Below, in pieces: positions 29,624-39,656 of a DNA stretch of 64,000 nucleotides (positions are counted from its first letter, which is position 1; the number at the start of each line of letters is the position of its first letter). The notes below the pieces were generated by a model, which worked only from the letters and a program-made list of their open reading frames with translations, searched no databases and was not told the origin of the DNA. Position numbers and translations under genes: made by a program. The stretch is taken from the NCBI GenBank assembly GCA_044222185.1, contig JBGANV010000008.1, positions 128,001 through 192,000 of the forward strand. The letters run 5' to 3'. Origin of the DNA: Planctomycetota bacterium (GTDB lineage: Bacteria > Planctomycetota > GCA-002687715 > CAIWVZ01).

Positions 29624-31429
29624 TCAAAGGCCGTAAAGCAGGGGGATCAGCGCCGTCGCCACGATGGCGAGGAGCACGTCGAGCGGCAGCCCGACGGCCA
29701 CGTAGTCACGAAGGCGATACCCGCCGGACCCGTAGACGAACAGGTGGGTCTGGTAGCCCATCGGCATGGCGAACGCAGCCGATGCGGCGAACGTCACCGC
29801 CAGGACGAAGGGCTCGGGCCTCATGTTCCCATGGTGCGCCGCCTCGACGGCGATCGGCACCATCAGCGCCGCGGCCGTTCCGTTGCTCAGGAACTCCGTC
29901 ACGAGCAACGTGATGAGGTAGAGGCTCCCGATCGTCACCCACGCCGGACCGCCCGCCGTTCGCTCGGCGAGCCATTGCGCCACGTCGCGGGCGAGCCCTG
30001 TCGACTGGAGCGCGGCCCCAAGGCACAGCGAACCGGCGAGAAGCAGCAGGACGTTCCAATCGAGCGCGTTGACCGCGTCCTGGAACGTCACGCAGCGGAA
30101 CAGCACGAGTACGGCGGCCGTCGCGAGCGCCGGCACGGCCAGCGAGTCGGTGACCGCCGCGGCCACGACGAAGGCGAGCAGTCCCACCAGCGCGATCGGC
30201 GCCTTCGACCGCAACGGGACGCGCTTCTCCACTCCCTCGACCAGAAGGACGTCCTCTGCCGAACGCAGCCGGCGCAGTCCATCAGGCGTTCCCTGCACGA
30301 GCAGCGTGTCACCAAGCTCGATCTCGTGCTCGCCGACCGACCGGCGGATGTGCCGGCCGTGTCGCTGGATCGCGATCACCGAAACTCCAAACAACCCGCG
30401 GATTCCGATGGAGTCCACGCGGCGGCCGATCCACTTCGACCGGGGGGTGACGATCAGCTCGGCAAGCGTGAAGGCCACCTGCCTCAACCGACCCGCCGCC
30501 TGGGCGTCGCCGTCGTTGCCGAGCGGCGCGAGGCCGCTTCGCTCCACGTACAGCCGCATGATCGCGTCCTGCGAGCCCTTGAGGATGAGCACGTCTCCCG
30601 CGTGCATCTCCAGATCCGGCAGGGGCATCTGGACGACGTCAGCCCGTACGAACTGGAGCAGGCGCAGGTCCTTGCGTTCCGCTCCGAAGATCTCGCCGAC
30701 GCGACGGCCGACGAAGCCGGAACCAGCTTCGACTTCCACCTCCGTGACGAAATCGTCCGAGCCTTCGCGCGGAAGGCTCATCGACAGCGCCGTGCGGTCC
30801 GGGAGGAGCCTCCGGCCGATGGTCACCATGTAGATCGTCCCCACGATGACGAAGGCGATGCCCAGGGGCGTGAACGTGAAAAACCCGATGTCGAGGTGAG
30901 CCCCCGGGCCGTAGACCCGCGCGACGACGTCGTGCGCCTCGGCGAGCGCCACGACGTTCGTGGACGTTCCCACGAGCGTCGTGGTTCCTCCGAGGATAGC
31001 CGCGTAGGAGAGCGGAATCAGGTACCGGCTCGGGGATTCGTCGAGCCGCTCGCACATGGCGAGAACGATCGGAAGGAACACCAGCACGACGGACGTGTTG
31101 TTGATCCAAGCCGACGTGAAGGCTGCGATCAGCACGAGCCACAGGAGCAACCACGCCCCCTTCCGGCGGCCGTGTCGGACGCCGAAGTCCGCGAGGAAGC
31201 TCAAGGCCCCTGTGCGCGTGACGGCGGCGGACACGATGAACATGGCCGCCACGCTCACGACGCCGTCGTGGGAGAGGGACTGGAAGATCCTGTCGCCGGG
31301 AATCACGCCCGTCATCGCGAGCGCCAGGGCGGCGAGGATCCCCACGAGTCCGGGCGGGAGCCACTCGAGCACGAGCAGCGCGATCGTGAGGCTCAGAATG
31401 ACTGCGGTGACGGCTGCTCCTGTCGACAT
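29624..31429 (-). CDS. SLC13 family permease with two TrkA-C domains
   Basis: SAWINNTSVV, LIPLSYAAILGGTTTLVGTSTN, TEFLSNGT, PMGYQTHLFVYGSGGY. Confidence 0.92.
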   Translation of the reverse strand: MSTGAAVTAVILSLTIALLVLEWLPPGLVGILAALALAMTGVIPGDRIFQSLSHDGVVSVAAMFIVSAAVTRTGALSFLADFGVRHGRRKGAWLLLWLVLIAAFTSAWINNTSVVLVFLPIVLAMCERLDESPSRYLIPLSYAAILGGTTTLVGTSTNVVALAEAHDVVARVYGPGAHLDIGFFTFTPLGIAFVIVGTIYMVTIGRRLLPDRTALSMSLPREGSDDFVTEVEVEAGSGFVGRRVGEIFGAERKDLRLLQFVRADVVQMPLPDLEMHAGDVLILKGSQDAIMRLYVERSGLAPLGNDGDAQAAGRLRQVAFTLAELIVTPRSKWIGRRVDSIGIRGLFGVSVIAIQRHGRHIRRSVGEHEIELGDTLLVQGTPDGLRRLRSAEDVLLVEGVEKRVPLRSKAPIALVGLLAFVVAAAVTDSLAVPALATAAVLVLFRCVTFQDAVNALDWNVLLLLAGSLCLGAALQSTGLARDVAQWLAERTAGGPAWVTIGSLYLITLLVTEFLSNGTAAALMVPIAVEAAHHGNMRPEPFVLAVTFAASAAFAMPMGYQTHLFVYGSGGYRLRDYVAVGLPLDVLLAIVATALIPLLYGL

Positions 31430-31564
31430 TGGCCGCTAATATAGCCGCGCCGATTTGACGGGTGCGCGTGAACTGGGAAGCCGCGAGGACTGGTCTCGAC
31501 TCTCAGAACCAGCAACCGTGACAGGAGAGAGATGTCCCCGACCCGTGACCTCAGAGGTGGCCGG

Positions 31565-31981
31565 ATGAGCCTGGAGTTCCTCAGTCGCTATCGCGAAACC
31601 GGTCTTTTCCTGCTCCGCCTCGGCATCGGGACATGTTTCGTGATCCACGGCTGGCCGAAGATCGCCGCCGGCCCGGAGGGATGGGAAGGCCTCGGTGCCC
31701 AGGCACGTGACGCAGGAATTTCATTCAGTCCGAAGGCGCTCGATGCCGTCCTGGGATTCCTTTCCGCGGTCGCCGAGTTCGGCGGTGGAATCTGTTTCGC
31801 CCTCGGAATCCTCTTCCGGCCCGCGTGCCTGCTCATGGCCGCGAACATGGCGGTGGCGCTCTCGTGGCACCTTCACAAAGACCAGAGCTTCGAGCAGTAC
31901 TCGCACGCGCTCGAATGCCTGATCCTGTTCGTGGGATTTGCCCTGATCGGTCCGGGAAAGATCGGCGTCGAGCGCGGATAA
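31565..31981 (+). CDS. DoxX family membrane protein
   Basis: LLRLGIG..HGWPK, AEFGGG, GPGK; four TM segments. Confidence 0.88.
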   Translation: MSLEFLSRYRETGLFLLRLGIGTCFVIHGWPKIAAGPEGWEGLGAQARDAGISFSPKALDAVLGFLSAVAEFGGGICFALGILFRPACLLMAANMAVALSWHLHKDQSFEQYSHALECLILFVGFALIGPGKIGVERG

Positions 31982-32162
31982 GCGCGGCTTCACACATGGG
32001 CGCCGTCGTTCGTATGAAACGACACGTGCATGAGCCGACGACGCCGCGAGTGGCGCGGGAGTTTTCGACCGGACACTTCACGAGCGGGGTAGGCTCCTGC
32101 ATAATCGGCGCTCGTCGACGTGCGGATCCACCGCGCGCTGGCACCGCCGAAACGAGCCTGCC

Positions 32163-32477
32163 ATGTGGAGAAACCAGCTCCTCCATCATCTCGCCGACTA
32201 CGCGTCGGTGCTCGGCGACTGCCTCGGCAGCTGCGCACGGCCTGAAGACCGGCAGGCATTCCTCCGCGCCCTCGCCTTCGTGGGAATCCTCCTCGGCAAG
32301 ATCAACGACGAGGAGCCCTACGCCGAGCTGCGCGAGTGCATCGACGCCGAGGATCGCAAGTTCGGATGGAACCTGCTCTCCCGCGACGATGGCAAGGTCG
32401 CCGAAGTCGCGTGGACGAACTTCCGTGACGCGTTCAACGAGTTGTTCGAGCAGGAACGCGCGCTGAAGCGACGGTGA
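32163..32477 (+). CDS. Hypothetical protein
   Basis: 104-aa ORF with good codon bias filling the gap between DoxX and the M14 gene; no recognisable motif. Confidence 0.6.
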   Translation: MWRNQLLHHLADYASVLGDCLGSCARPEDRQAFLRALAFVGILLGKINDEEPYAELRECIDAEDRKFGWNLLSRDDGKVAEVAWTNFRDAFNELFEQERALKRR

Positions 32478-32486
32478 CCGCGCGGC

Positions 32487-34244
32487 TCACCGTTCGAGCC
32501 GCCCGCCCTTCTCGGCGTCGAAGCGCAGCCCGAACTCGGGCTTTCCAGACGGGCACGAGACGAGCCAGGCGACCTTCACGCTCCCATTGCCAGGGATTCC
32601 GCCGTCGAGCAGGAGGCGCTCCGGGTGCTCCTTCACCAGCGCCGTCTTCTCGCGCCGATAAGGCCCGCTCACGGTGCCACCGGAGATCACGCGGCCGTTG
32701 CGCATCGAGAACGTGATGCGATCGGGCGTGCCGATCCCCTTCTGGTCGGCGATCGCCGCGCGCGTGGGGATCGATGCGCGATTGCGGATCTCCACCTGGA
32801 TGCGCCACAGGCCCGTCGATACTTCCGTGACTTCGGGTGCGTCCCAGTCGATCCGCGGCATCTCTCCCGCATGGTAGAGCGAGAACGCCATGTTGCGGTG
32901 ACACAGCTCCTCCAGCATGAACGTGGGCGGGACGCGCGAGGCGTCCTTCTTCCATCCGCCGATCTCGATGTCCCCGTAGAGCGGATGCTTGTACGGTTTC
33001 CACTCGGCGAACCGGGCGCCGAGTTCGACGCGGTCGTCCCATTTCATCCGGGCGAGGTCGTCACGCGCTTCGATGCCGAGGCCGTCGCCGTCCTTGCGTC
33101 CGTAGTACTGCGGCGCGCTCCACAGCTCGTTCGTGATGGAGAAGATCCCGAGCCCCTCGTAGGTCCAGTTCACGAACCCGCCGTGAACCGTGTAGAGATC
33201 CCGCCAGATGATCATGTACCGGTAGAACGGAAGCATCTCCTCGCCGACCTTCCCGATGCGATCGTAGACGGCCGCGTCCGAGCCTGGATAGTCGCCGAAG
33301 GACTGCGCACCCGGTCCGCGAAGGATCATGCCGCCCGCGTTGTGGTACGACTGCACAGCCGCGATGTTCGGGTGCGCGAGGATGAAGTCGGCGATGCAGC
33401 GGCACTCGGGATTCGACAACGGATAGGCGCCCGCGCCGAACTGCACGTGGTCGGGCTGCCAATCGCTGGGCCAGTTGCGGTTCATGTCGTAGCCGCCGGG
33501 CCCGTCCTCGTTGATCTGGCCGTCGCCGTCGTCGTCGATGCCTTCGGATCCAAGCAGGATGTAGTGCCCATCCTCGCCAGGCTTCACGCGCTTCATGATG
33601 CGCGGATCGTCGGGGTCGGGGTTGAACGTGCCCCCGTGGTCGACGCGCTTGCGCATCTGCGTGATCGACCCGTCGCCATCCAGATCGTTCGGCGGGTCCT
33701 CGTCGGCGACGCCGTCCCGATCGTCGTCGATGGGCATCTTGCCCGAACGCGACGAGCTCGACGTGTTGGGATTGTGGAACCAGTAGTCGCGGCCGTCAGG
33801 ATTCTGCGACGGGAGGATGTAGAACGCCTTCGTCGCCAGGAGGTCCTTCACCTTGGCGTTCCGCTCGGAGTTCTCCGTGAGGAACCACAGGGTGTAAAGG
33901 CAGACCTCGCCGCCTTGGATCTCGTTGCCATGCACGTTGGCGTCGACCCACATGGCGGGGCGTCGCTCGATGGGCGTGCCCCCTCGGTTCGCGACGGTGG
34001 CGACCCACATGTCGCGGCCTTCGAAGCTCTTGCCGATGGACTCGAGCGTCACCAGATCGGGCCACGCCTTGGCGATCTTGCGCATCTCGTCGACGAGTTC
34101 CTCGTAGTCGTAGAAGCGGTTGAAGGCGATCTCGACGCGGGGCTTGGGCGTGACGGGATTTTGCGAGCGGACGGCAGGGGCGCCGACGAGGACGAGACAT
34201 GCGACCGCGAGCGCGAGGGTCCGGGACGTCTTCGGGTGATTCAC
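32487..34244 (-). CDS. Secreted M14 zinc carboxypeptidase-family protein (catalytic residues intact)
   Basis: GTG 34244 overlaps the upstream TGA; signal peptide; IGKSFEGR, HGNE (HxxE), NPDG, DMNRNW, SYHN, TNELW; DxDxDG repeats. Confidence 0.9.
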   Translation of the reverse strand: MNHPKTSRTLALAVACLVLVGAPAVRSQNPVTPKPRVEIAFNRFYDYEELVDEMRKIAKAWPDLVTLESIGKSFEGRDMWVATVANRGGTPIERRPAMWVDANVHGNEIQGGEVCLYTLWFLTENSERNAKVKDLLATKAFYILPSQNPDGRDYWFHNPNTSSSSRSGKMPIDDDRDGVADEDPPNDLDGDGSITQMRKRVDHGGTFNPDPDDPRIMKRVKPGEDGHYILLGSEGIDDDGDGQINEDGPGGYDMNRNWPSDWQPDHVQFGAGAYPLSNPECRCIADFILAHPNIAAVQSYHNAGGMILRGPGAQSFGDYPGSDAAVYDRIGKVGEEMLPFYRYMIIWRDLYTVHGGFVNWTYEGLGIFSITNELWSAPQYYGRKDGDGLGIEARDDLARMKWDDRVELGARFAEWKPYKHPLYGDIEIGGWKKDASRVPPTFMLEELCHRNMAFSLYHAGEMPRIDWDAPEVTEVSTGLWRIQVEIRNRASIPTRAAIADQKGIGTPDRITFSMRNGRVISGGTVSGPYRREKTALVKEHPERLLLDGGIPGNGSVKVAWLVSCPSGKPEFGLRFDAEKGGRLER

Positions 34245-35905
34245 TTGGGATCCTCCGCCGCGACGAGCGTCGCTTGCGCCGCGCCAGCCTTCTCCGACCA
34301 AAGGGCGATGCGAATCTCCTCGCCCGCGCGAGCGCGCACGACCCAACGCAGCTTGCGACCGCCGCCCGAACCCGCAAGCGGCTCGAGCATGGTCCGCGGA
34401 TCGCCGGCCTCGAATCGATCCGGCGGCAGATCGAGGGTCAAGCGCGAAGGCAGCACCGTCCGGGTCCGCGTCGCGATGCGAAAGACCGTGGGCCATCGCC
34501 CGTCGTTGCGCACGACGACCGTGACTTCGTGCAATCCGGCTCCCAGCGCGCGGATCTTGGGCTCGAGGAGCACGACGCGGGGGAACTGCGCGGCGAGATC
34601 CAGGATGAACGACGCGTGTCGCTTCGCCAGGTCGTCCAACCGATCGGCCGTGGGGTTCACGTCCGAGAGCGGCACGAATCCCCCGATCTCCACGTCGCCG
34701 AGGGTTGGATGCTTGAACGGCTTCCACGCCACGAACCCCTTGCCCGACAGGCGCACGTCCGAATCGACGAGGCGGCGCGTCTCGTCCGACTCGGGTTTCT
34801 TGCCGCTGGGGAGCGAGGCCGCCTGCTCGGGCTTCGGCGCCTCGAACACCTTGGCGGCGAAGGCGGGCACTCCGAACTGGAAGTAGGCCCACTGGTGGAG
34901 CGCGCCGTCGGGTTTGTCGTCCTGCTTCTTCTCGAAGCCCAAAAGCTTCTTGAACGACGCGGACGCCTCTTCGAACACGGGGCGATCGTCTTCCTCGATT
35001 CCGTTCGGCACTTGACCGCCGCCCTTCGCGGCGGGCGGGGTCTCGACGAGGTTGTCGCGATGACCGAGCACCAGCACGGCGACGATCTCGTGATGGTCGA
35101 GCACGTGGCGGATCAGCGCGCGCGTCTCCGGCTCGGAGATGGGCGTGATGCCGGCCGCGCGATCGAACTCCTTCCAGCCGTGGGGGAAGTTGCGATCGAA
35201 GTCCACACCGCCGGGGCCGTCTTCGTTGAGGACGCCGTCGCCGTCGTCATCCTGGCCTTCGCTCTCGAGGCGGAACTCGCCGATCTCGCCTTTCTTGCGG
35301 TCGGCGCGCACGAGGAGGCGCGGATCGTCCGGCGACGTGCGCCACTCGCCCAGCGGGTCGCGCACGCGCATCTGCGTGATGATGCCGTCGCCATCCAGGT
35401 CGTCCGGGCCATCTTCGTCCGTCACGCCGTCGCGGTCGTCGTCCACGGGGCGGAGGTTCCCGCGGCGCTCGCGCAACGAGCCCTTCGCGGCTTCCGTCAC
35501 GGCGTCGACGGCGACGCACGGGATCACCTCGATGGCGACACGGGTGAGCAACTCCTTCAGCTTCGCGTCCGTCGATGCGTGATCGAGGAATGCTGCCGGA
35601 AGCCGTGACGCGACGAGCATGGAGCCTGCCGCGTCCGGGTTCAGCCCCGCGACGACGAGCAGACGGGGACGCTTCTGCGGCTCGACGGCCCCCGGGAGCG
35701 CGACGAGCACCGAGCGCAGCGGCGTGCCGGCTGCGGACTTGCCGAATTCACCGATCCGCACGTCGGTCGATGGCCGCGTCTCCGCCGAAGCGAAGAGGCG
35801 GGACGGTTCGACGTCTCGCGGTGTCACCTGCGCGCGCAGGCATCCGATCAGAGAGAGGACGACGAGCCCCACGCGCACCGGGCCGATGATTCGCTGCATG
35901 CTCAC
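34241..35905 (-). CDS. Secreted M14-fold paralogue lacking zinc ligands (probable pseudo-peptidase)
   Basis: Shares DDDRDG..DEDG..DLDGDG.ITQMR, DFDRNF and HPTLGDVEIGG with the neighbour, but HxxE is replaced by GLNPDA. Confidence 0.82.
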   Translation of the reverse strand: MSMQRIIGPVRVGLVVLSLIGCLRAQVTPRDVEPSRLFASAETRPSTDVRIGEFGKSAAGTPLRSVLVALPGAVEPQKRPRLLVVAGLNPDAAGSMLVASRLPAAFLDHASTDAKLKELLTRVAIEVIPCVAVDAVTEAAKGSLRERRGNLRPVDDDRDGVTDEDGPDDLDGDGIITQMRVRDPLGEWRTSPDDPRLLVRADRKKGEIGEFRLESEGQDDDGDGVLNEDGPGGVDFDRNFPHGWKEFDRAAGITPISEPETRALIRHVLDHHEIVAVLVLGHRDNLVETPPAAKGGGQVPNGIEEDDRPVFEEASASFKKLLGFEKKQDDKPDGALHQWAYFQFGVPAFAAKVFEAPKPEQAASLPSGKKPESDETRRLVDSDVRLSGKGFVAWKPFKHPTLGDVEIGGFVPLSDVNPTADRLDDLAKRHASFILDLAAQFPRVVLLEPKIRALGAGLHEVTVVVRNDGRWPTVFRIATRTRTVLPSRLTLDLPPDRFEAGDPRTMLEPLAGSGGGRKLRWVVRARAGEEIRIALWSEKAGAAQATLVAAEDPK

Positions 35906-35984
35906 TCCCGCGCCCGTGGTGGGCGCGAACGGGCGGGAGTGTACCAGCGAGCCGAACGCGCGCGCCGACTTCCGCGCGCGCCGA

Positions 35985-37085
35985 TCAGGTACCCGTCGCT
36001 CCGGCCCTGGGGATGAGGTGGACGGCCGAGGCCTTCACGGCAGCGGTGATCGATGCGCCGACGGCGATTTCCAGATCCTCGATCGCCTGCCGCGTGACGA
36101 GGGCCGCGAGCGGCACGCCGCAGTCCACGTCGACACGGAAAAGCGGCCCCTCAGCCGTCACGGCCGTCACGCGACCACCGAAGGTGTTGCGTGCGCTCGT
36201 GGGCGCGACCCCGCGCGCCAGCGTCACCGCATCGGCTCGGATGCAGACGTGCACGTCTTTCGTCGCCACGTCGGGGGCGGCCGCGAGGAATCGGACGTCG
36301 GCGGCGCGCACGCCCGCCAGTCCGTCGACGACCTCTTCGATGTGACCTGCGAGCACCGTTTCCGTGCCGACGATCCGCGCGACGGAGACGTGGGAGGGGC
36401 GCGAGAACACGTCTTCCACCGATCCGCTCTGGACGACGCGCCCATCCGCGATCACGGCAATCGCGTCGCCGAGGGCGATGGCGTCGGTCGGATCGTGCGT
36501 GACGAGGATCGACGGGATTCCGAACGCCGCCAGTTGCCGGCGCAGCTCGGAACGGGCCGATTGCCGGGCCACGCCGTCGAGCGCCGAGAGCGGCTCGTCC
36601 AGCAGCAACATGCGCGGACGCCGCGCCACCGCGCGCGCGAGAGCGACACGCTGCTGCTGGCCGCCGGAGAGTTCCCGCGGGAGGCGCCGCTCCAGGCCCT
36701 CGAGACCGAAGGCGCCGAGGAGCTCATCGAGACGCGCGCGTCGTTCCGCGGCGGGACGGTCGCGGAGTCCGAAGGCGATGTTGTCCGCCGCGCCGAGATG
36801 CGGAAACAGCGCGTAATCCTGGAACGACATGCCGACGTCACGGGCCTGAGGCGGTTGGTGAATTCCCGCGGACGCGTCGGCCCAGACCACTCCGTCGACG
36901 ACGATCCGCCCCGACTCGATGCGCTCGAGGCCGGCCATCGCTCGAAGGATGGTCGACTTCCCGCCGCCCGAGGGTCCAAACAAGACGGTGCTGTGCGCGG
37001 CCCCCATGGGCCCGCTGAGCGCTGCGGTGATCTGCGGTCCGCGTGGCCAGCGAACCGCGAGATCAGCCTCCCAAGCGGCGCTCAT
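35985..37085 (-). CDS. modC: Molybdate ABC transporter ATP-binding protein
   Basis: GPSGGGKST, FQDYALFPHL, LSGGQQQRVALARA, LLDEPLSALD, TOBE domain (SARN, KASAVH). Confidence 0.9.
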   Translation of the reverse strand: MSAAWEADLAVRWPRGPQITAALSGPMGAAHSTVLFGPSGGGKSTILRAMAGLERIESGRIVVDGVVWADASAGIHQPPQARDVGMSFQDYALFPHLGAADNIAFGLRDRPAAERRARLDELLGAFGLEGLERRLPRELSGGQQQRVALARAVARRPRMLLLDEPLSALDGVARQSARSELRRQLAAFGIPSILVTHDPTDAIALGDAIAVIADGRVVQSGSVEDVFSRPSHVSVARIVGTETVLAGHIEEVVDGLAGVRAADVRFLAAAPDVATKDVHVCIRADAVTLARGVAPTSARNTFGGRVTAVTAEGPLFRVDVDCGVPLAALVTRQAIEDLEIAVGASITAAVKASAVHLIPRAGATGT

Positions 37086-37726
37086 CGTCGCCTCCGTCGC
37101 GTCGCGATCTGAACGACGAACAGGCTCGCGATGGCGAACGCGACGAGTACCGCTGCAGACCGGCCGGCGGCGGCGTAGTCGAGGGCCTGCACGTCGTCGT
37201 AGATCGCGATCGACAGCGTCCGCGTGGCGCCGGGCACGGAGCCGCCGAGCATCAGCACGACGCCGAACTCGCCGAGCGCATGGGCGAAGGCGAGGGTCGC
37301 GCCGGCGACGAGGCCGGAACCGGCGAGCGGCATGACGACGCGGCGCAGCGTCGATGTCCGCGACACGCCCAGACACCACGCCGCCTCCACGAGCCGGCGG
37401 TCGACGCCGTCGAACGCGGCCGTCCACGTGCGGACGGCGACGGGGAGATTGGCGATGACGGATCCCACGAGCACGCCGGTGAACGTGAACGGCAGGCGGC
37501 CGAACGCGCGCCCGATCGCCCCATCCGGCGCGAGGAGCAGGAGGAGGTAGAACCCGACGACCGTCGGCGGCAGGACGAGCGGGAGCGACACGATCGCCTC
37601 GATGACGTCGCGCCAGCGCGAGCGCATGCATGCGAGCGCGTACGCGAGCGGGCCCGCGACGATGGCCAGAACCGCGACCGTCGCGACGGCGAGCTTCAAC
37701 GAGACGGCGAGTGCGGTCCAGTCCAT
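37082..37726 (-). CDS. modB: Molybdate ABC transporter permease
   Basis: LPLVLPPTVVGFYLL, EAA motif, FAHALGEFGVVLMLGG, TRTLSIAIYD. Confidence 0.93.
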   Translation of the reverse strand: MDWTALAVSLKLAVATVAVLAIVAGPLAYALACMRSRWRDVIEAIVSLPLVLPPTVVGFYLLLLLAPDGAIGRAFGRLPFTFTGVLVGSVIANLPVAVRTWTAAFDGVDRRLVEAAWCLGVSRTSTLRRVVMPLAGSGLVAGATLAFAHALGEFGVVLMLGGSVPGATRTLSIAIYDDVQALDYAAAGRSAAVLVAFAIASLFVVQIATRRRRR

Positions 37727-37731
37727 GGTCG

Positions 37732-38517
37732 TCAGTCCGGCGCGTGCTCGAATCCGAAGCGCAAGAGGACGGTGCGAGCGGCGGCGGACCGAAGGAATTG
37801 GACGAAGGTGGCTGCGGCGCTGCGGTCCGTCGCGTCCTTCAGGATGCAACCTCCCTGGACGATGGGCGGGTGCAGTTCCGCGGGGACGAGGACGCTCCGG
37901 CCCGCGGCGACCATCGTCGGCGCAAGCCCGAGCGAGTACGCGATGAGGCCCACGTCCGCCGCGCCGCTCTCGATGAACTGGGCCGCTTGCGCCACGTTGT
38001 CGCCGAGGACGAGGCGCGGCGCGACCGCGTCGTGGAGTCCGCGGGCCTTCAGAGCGGCGATGGCCGCTCGGCCGTAAGGAGCGTGCGCGGGGTTGGCGAT
38101 GGCGACGTGCGCGACCGTCGGATCCGTGAGCACGCTCAGACCGCGGCTCGCCAGGTCGAGGGTCGAAGTCTTGCGCGTCCACAGGGCGAGACGTCCGACG
38201 GCGTAGGTGAAGACGGAACGGGGCTCGGCTCGACCGCGTGCAGCCAGCGCTTCCGGATACGAGACGTCGGCGGACAGGAAGACGTCGAAGGGCGCCGACT
38301 GCGCCAACTGCGTCGCGAAGGCTCCCGAGGACCCGAACGTGGGCACGAGTTCGATGTCGCGGTGCTCGGCCGCGAACGCGGCGATGAGCTCCGGGAACGC
38401 GAATCGCAGATCCGCCGCCGCCGCCACGCGGACCGATCGCACCGCCTTCGGCGCATCCGCCGGGCCGCAGCCGACGAGGAGCGCCGAGAGACAGAGGATC
38501 CCGATCGACCGGTTCAC
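37732..38517 (-). CDS. modA: Molybdate ABC transporter substrate-binding lipoprotein
   Basis: Lipobox LLVGC, AAAADL, FGSSG, APFDVFLSAD, ANPAHAPYGRAA, GDNVAQ. Confidence 0.92.
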   Translation of the reverse strand: MNRSIGILCLSALLVGCGPADAPKAVRSVRVAAAADLRFAFPELIAAFAAEHRDIELVPTFGSSGAFATQLAQSAPFDVFLSADVSYPEALAARGRAEPRSVFTYAVGRLALWTRKTSTLDLASRGLSVLTDPTVAHVAIANPAHAPYGRAAIAALKARGLHDAVAPRLVLGDNVAQAAQFIESGAADVGLIAYSLGLAPTMVAAGRSVLVPAELHPPIVQGGCILKDATDRSAAATFVQFLRSAAARTVLLRFGFEHAPD

Positions 38518-38656
38518 GCTCCGGCGCGGATGCGGGCACGAGCCTCGTTCGTGGCGTGACGACATGATGCCGACGGTACTCCACGAGGCCGAAGCCTTCG
38601 ACCTCGGCAAGGAAAGGTTGCTCGGCGGCCGGTGGCCGTCGAGGTAACCTGCCGCC

Positions 38657-39022
38657 ATGCCGACACTCATCGAGAAGGCCACGCGCATCACGGCCGCGGG
38701 CAACAAGCCGAAGCTCATCGACGAATACGTGGGCCGAGTGAACTCGAAGACCGCCGACGTGAGCGTCGCGCACATGCGCTCGCCGGGCGGTTGGGTCGAG
38801 CCAGGCCAACGCCCCGAGTTCGACGAGTACACGCTCGTGCTGAAGGGCGCGCTGCAAGTCGACTTCGAAGGCGGCTCGCTGACGGTCCGGCCCGGGCAAG
38901 CCGTCATCACTCACCGCGGCGAGTGGGTTCGCTACTCGACGCCGGAGGCCGACGGCGCCGAGTACGTCGCCATTTGCCTGCCGGCGTTCGCGCCGTCGAC
39001 CGTGCACCGCGATCCGGCGTAG
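38657..39022 (+). CDS. Cupin-domain protein (EutQ-like)
   Basis: SPGGWVEPGQRPEFDEYTLVL.G...GEWVRYSTP. Confidence 0.85.
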   Translation: MPTLIEKATRITAAGNKPKLIDEYVGRVNSKTADVSVAHMRSPGGWVEPGQRPEFDEYTLVLKGALQVDFEGGSLTVRPGQAVITHRGEWVRYSTPEADGAEYVAICLPAFAPSTVHRDPA

Positions 39023-39026
39023 TCGG

Positions 39027-39261
39027 CGCGGAGCGCCGCACGACCCGAGCGTTCGCGAGGGCGTGCGGCAGGACCGCCGGACGACCGAGGCGCAGCCGAG
39101 GCGTCCGGTCCGGCCGACGTCGATGCGCTGACAGGCTCCCGATCATCATGCCGGCATCAGTGATCTCGCACCGGGCCCAGTTCCACGCCAGTTGGCCCGC
39201 GCGGGACGCGCGGCGATCCCGCCAGTCCCCGCCGAGACGGCGGTGGACTGGGCGCTCCGCG
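39027..39261. repeat. Dispersed ~230-bp repeat, copy A (11-bp terminal inverted repeats)
   Basis: Bounded by CGCGGAGCGCC and GGCGCTCCGCG; internal GCTGACAGGCTC..CATCAGTGATCTCGCACCGGG. Confidence 0.85.
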
Positions 39262-39321
39262 AAACCCCGACGAAGCGCGGCGTCGCAAACTCTCGTCTCT
39301 CCCGCCTCTCTCTCGAGCGAA

Positions 39322-39533
39322 GCGGAGCGCCGCACGACCCGAGCGTTCGCGAGGGCATGCGGCAGGACCGCCGGACGACCGAGGCGCAGCCGAGGCGTCC
39401 GGTCCGGCCGACGTCGATGCGCTGACAGGCTCCCGATCATCATGCCGGCATCAGTGATCTCGCACCGGGCCCCATCCCACCCCCATCGGCCCGCGTGAGC
39501 CGCGCCGCGATCCCGCCAGTCCCCGCCGAGACG
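39322..39533. repeat. Dispersed repeat, copy B (tandem with A, right end lost)
   Basis: First ~150 bp differ from copy A at a single visible position; period 294 bp. Confidence 0.85.
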
Positions 39534-39656
39534 CCACGACGGTCGATCGGGACCTCGTCGATCGGCATCGCATCGCGTGCGACGGAGGGAGCAACCTGAA
39601 TCGGCGCAGCTCGCGGCTCGATCCCCACGGGGCTTGCCGACCCCGCCATCGAGCGA

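Noticed and set aside
38520-38650. Moco riboswitch or ModE box upstream of modA
   Set aside because: Only generic GC-rich stems; no convincing consensus.
39027-39533. Tandem repeats as a CRISPR array
   Set aside because: Units are >200 bp, there is no short repeat-spacer periodicity, and no cas genes.
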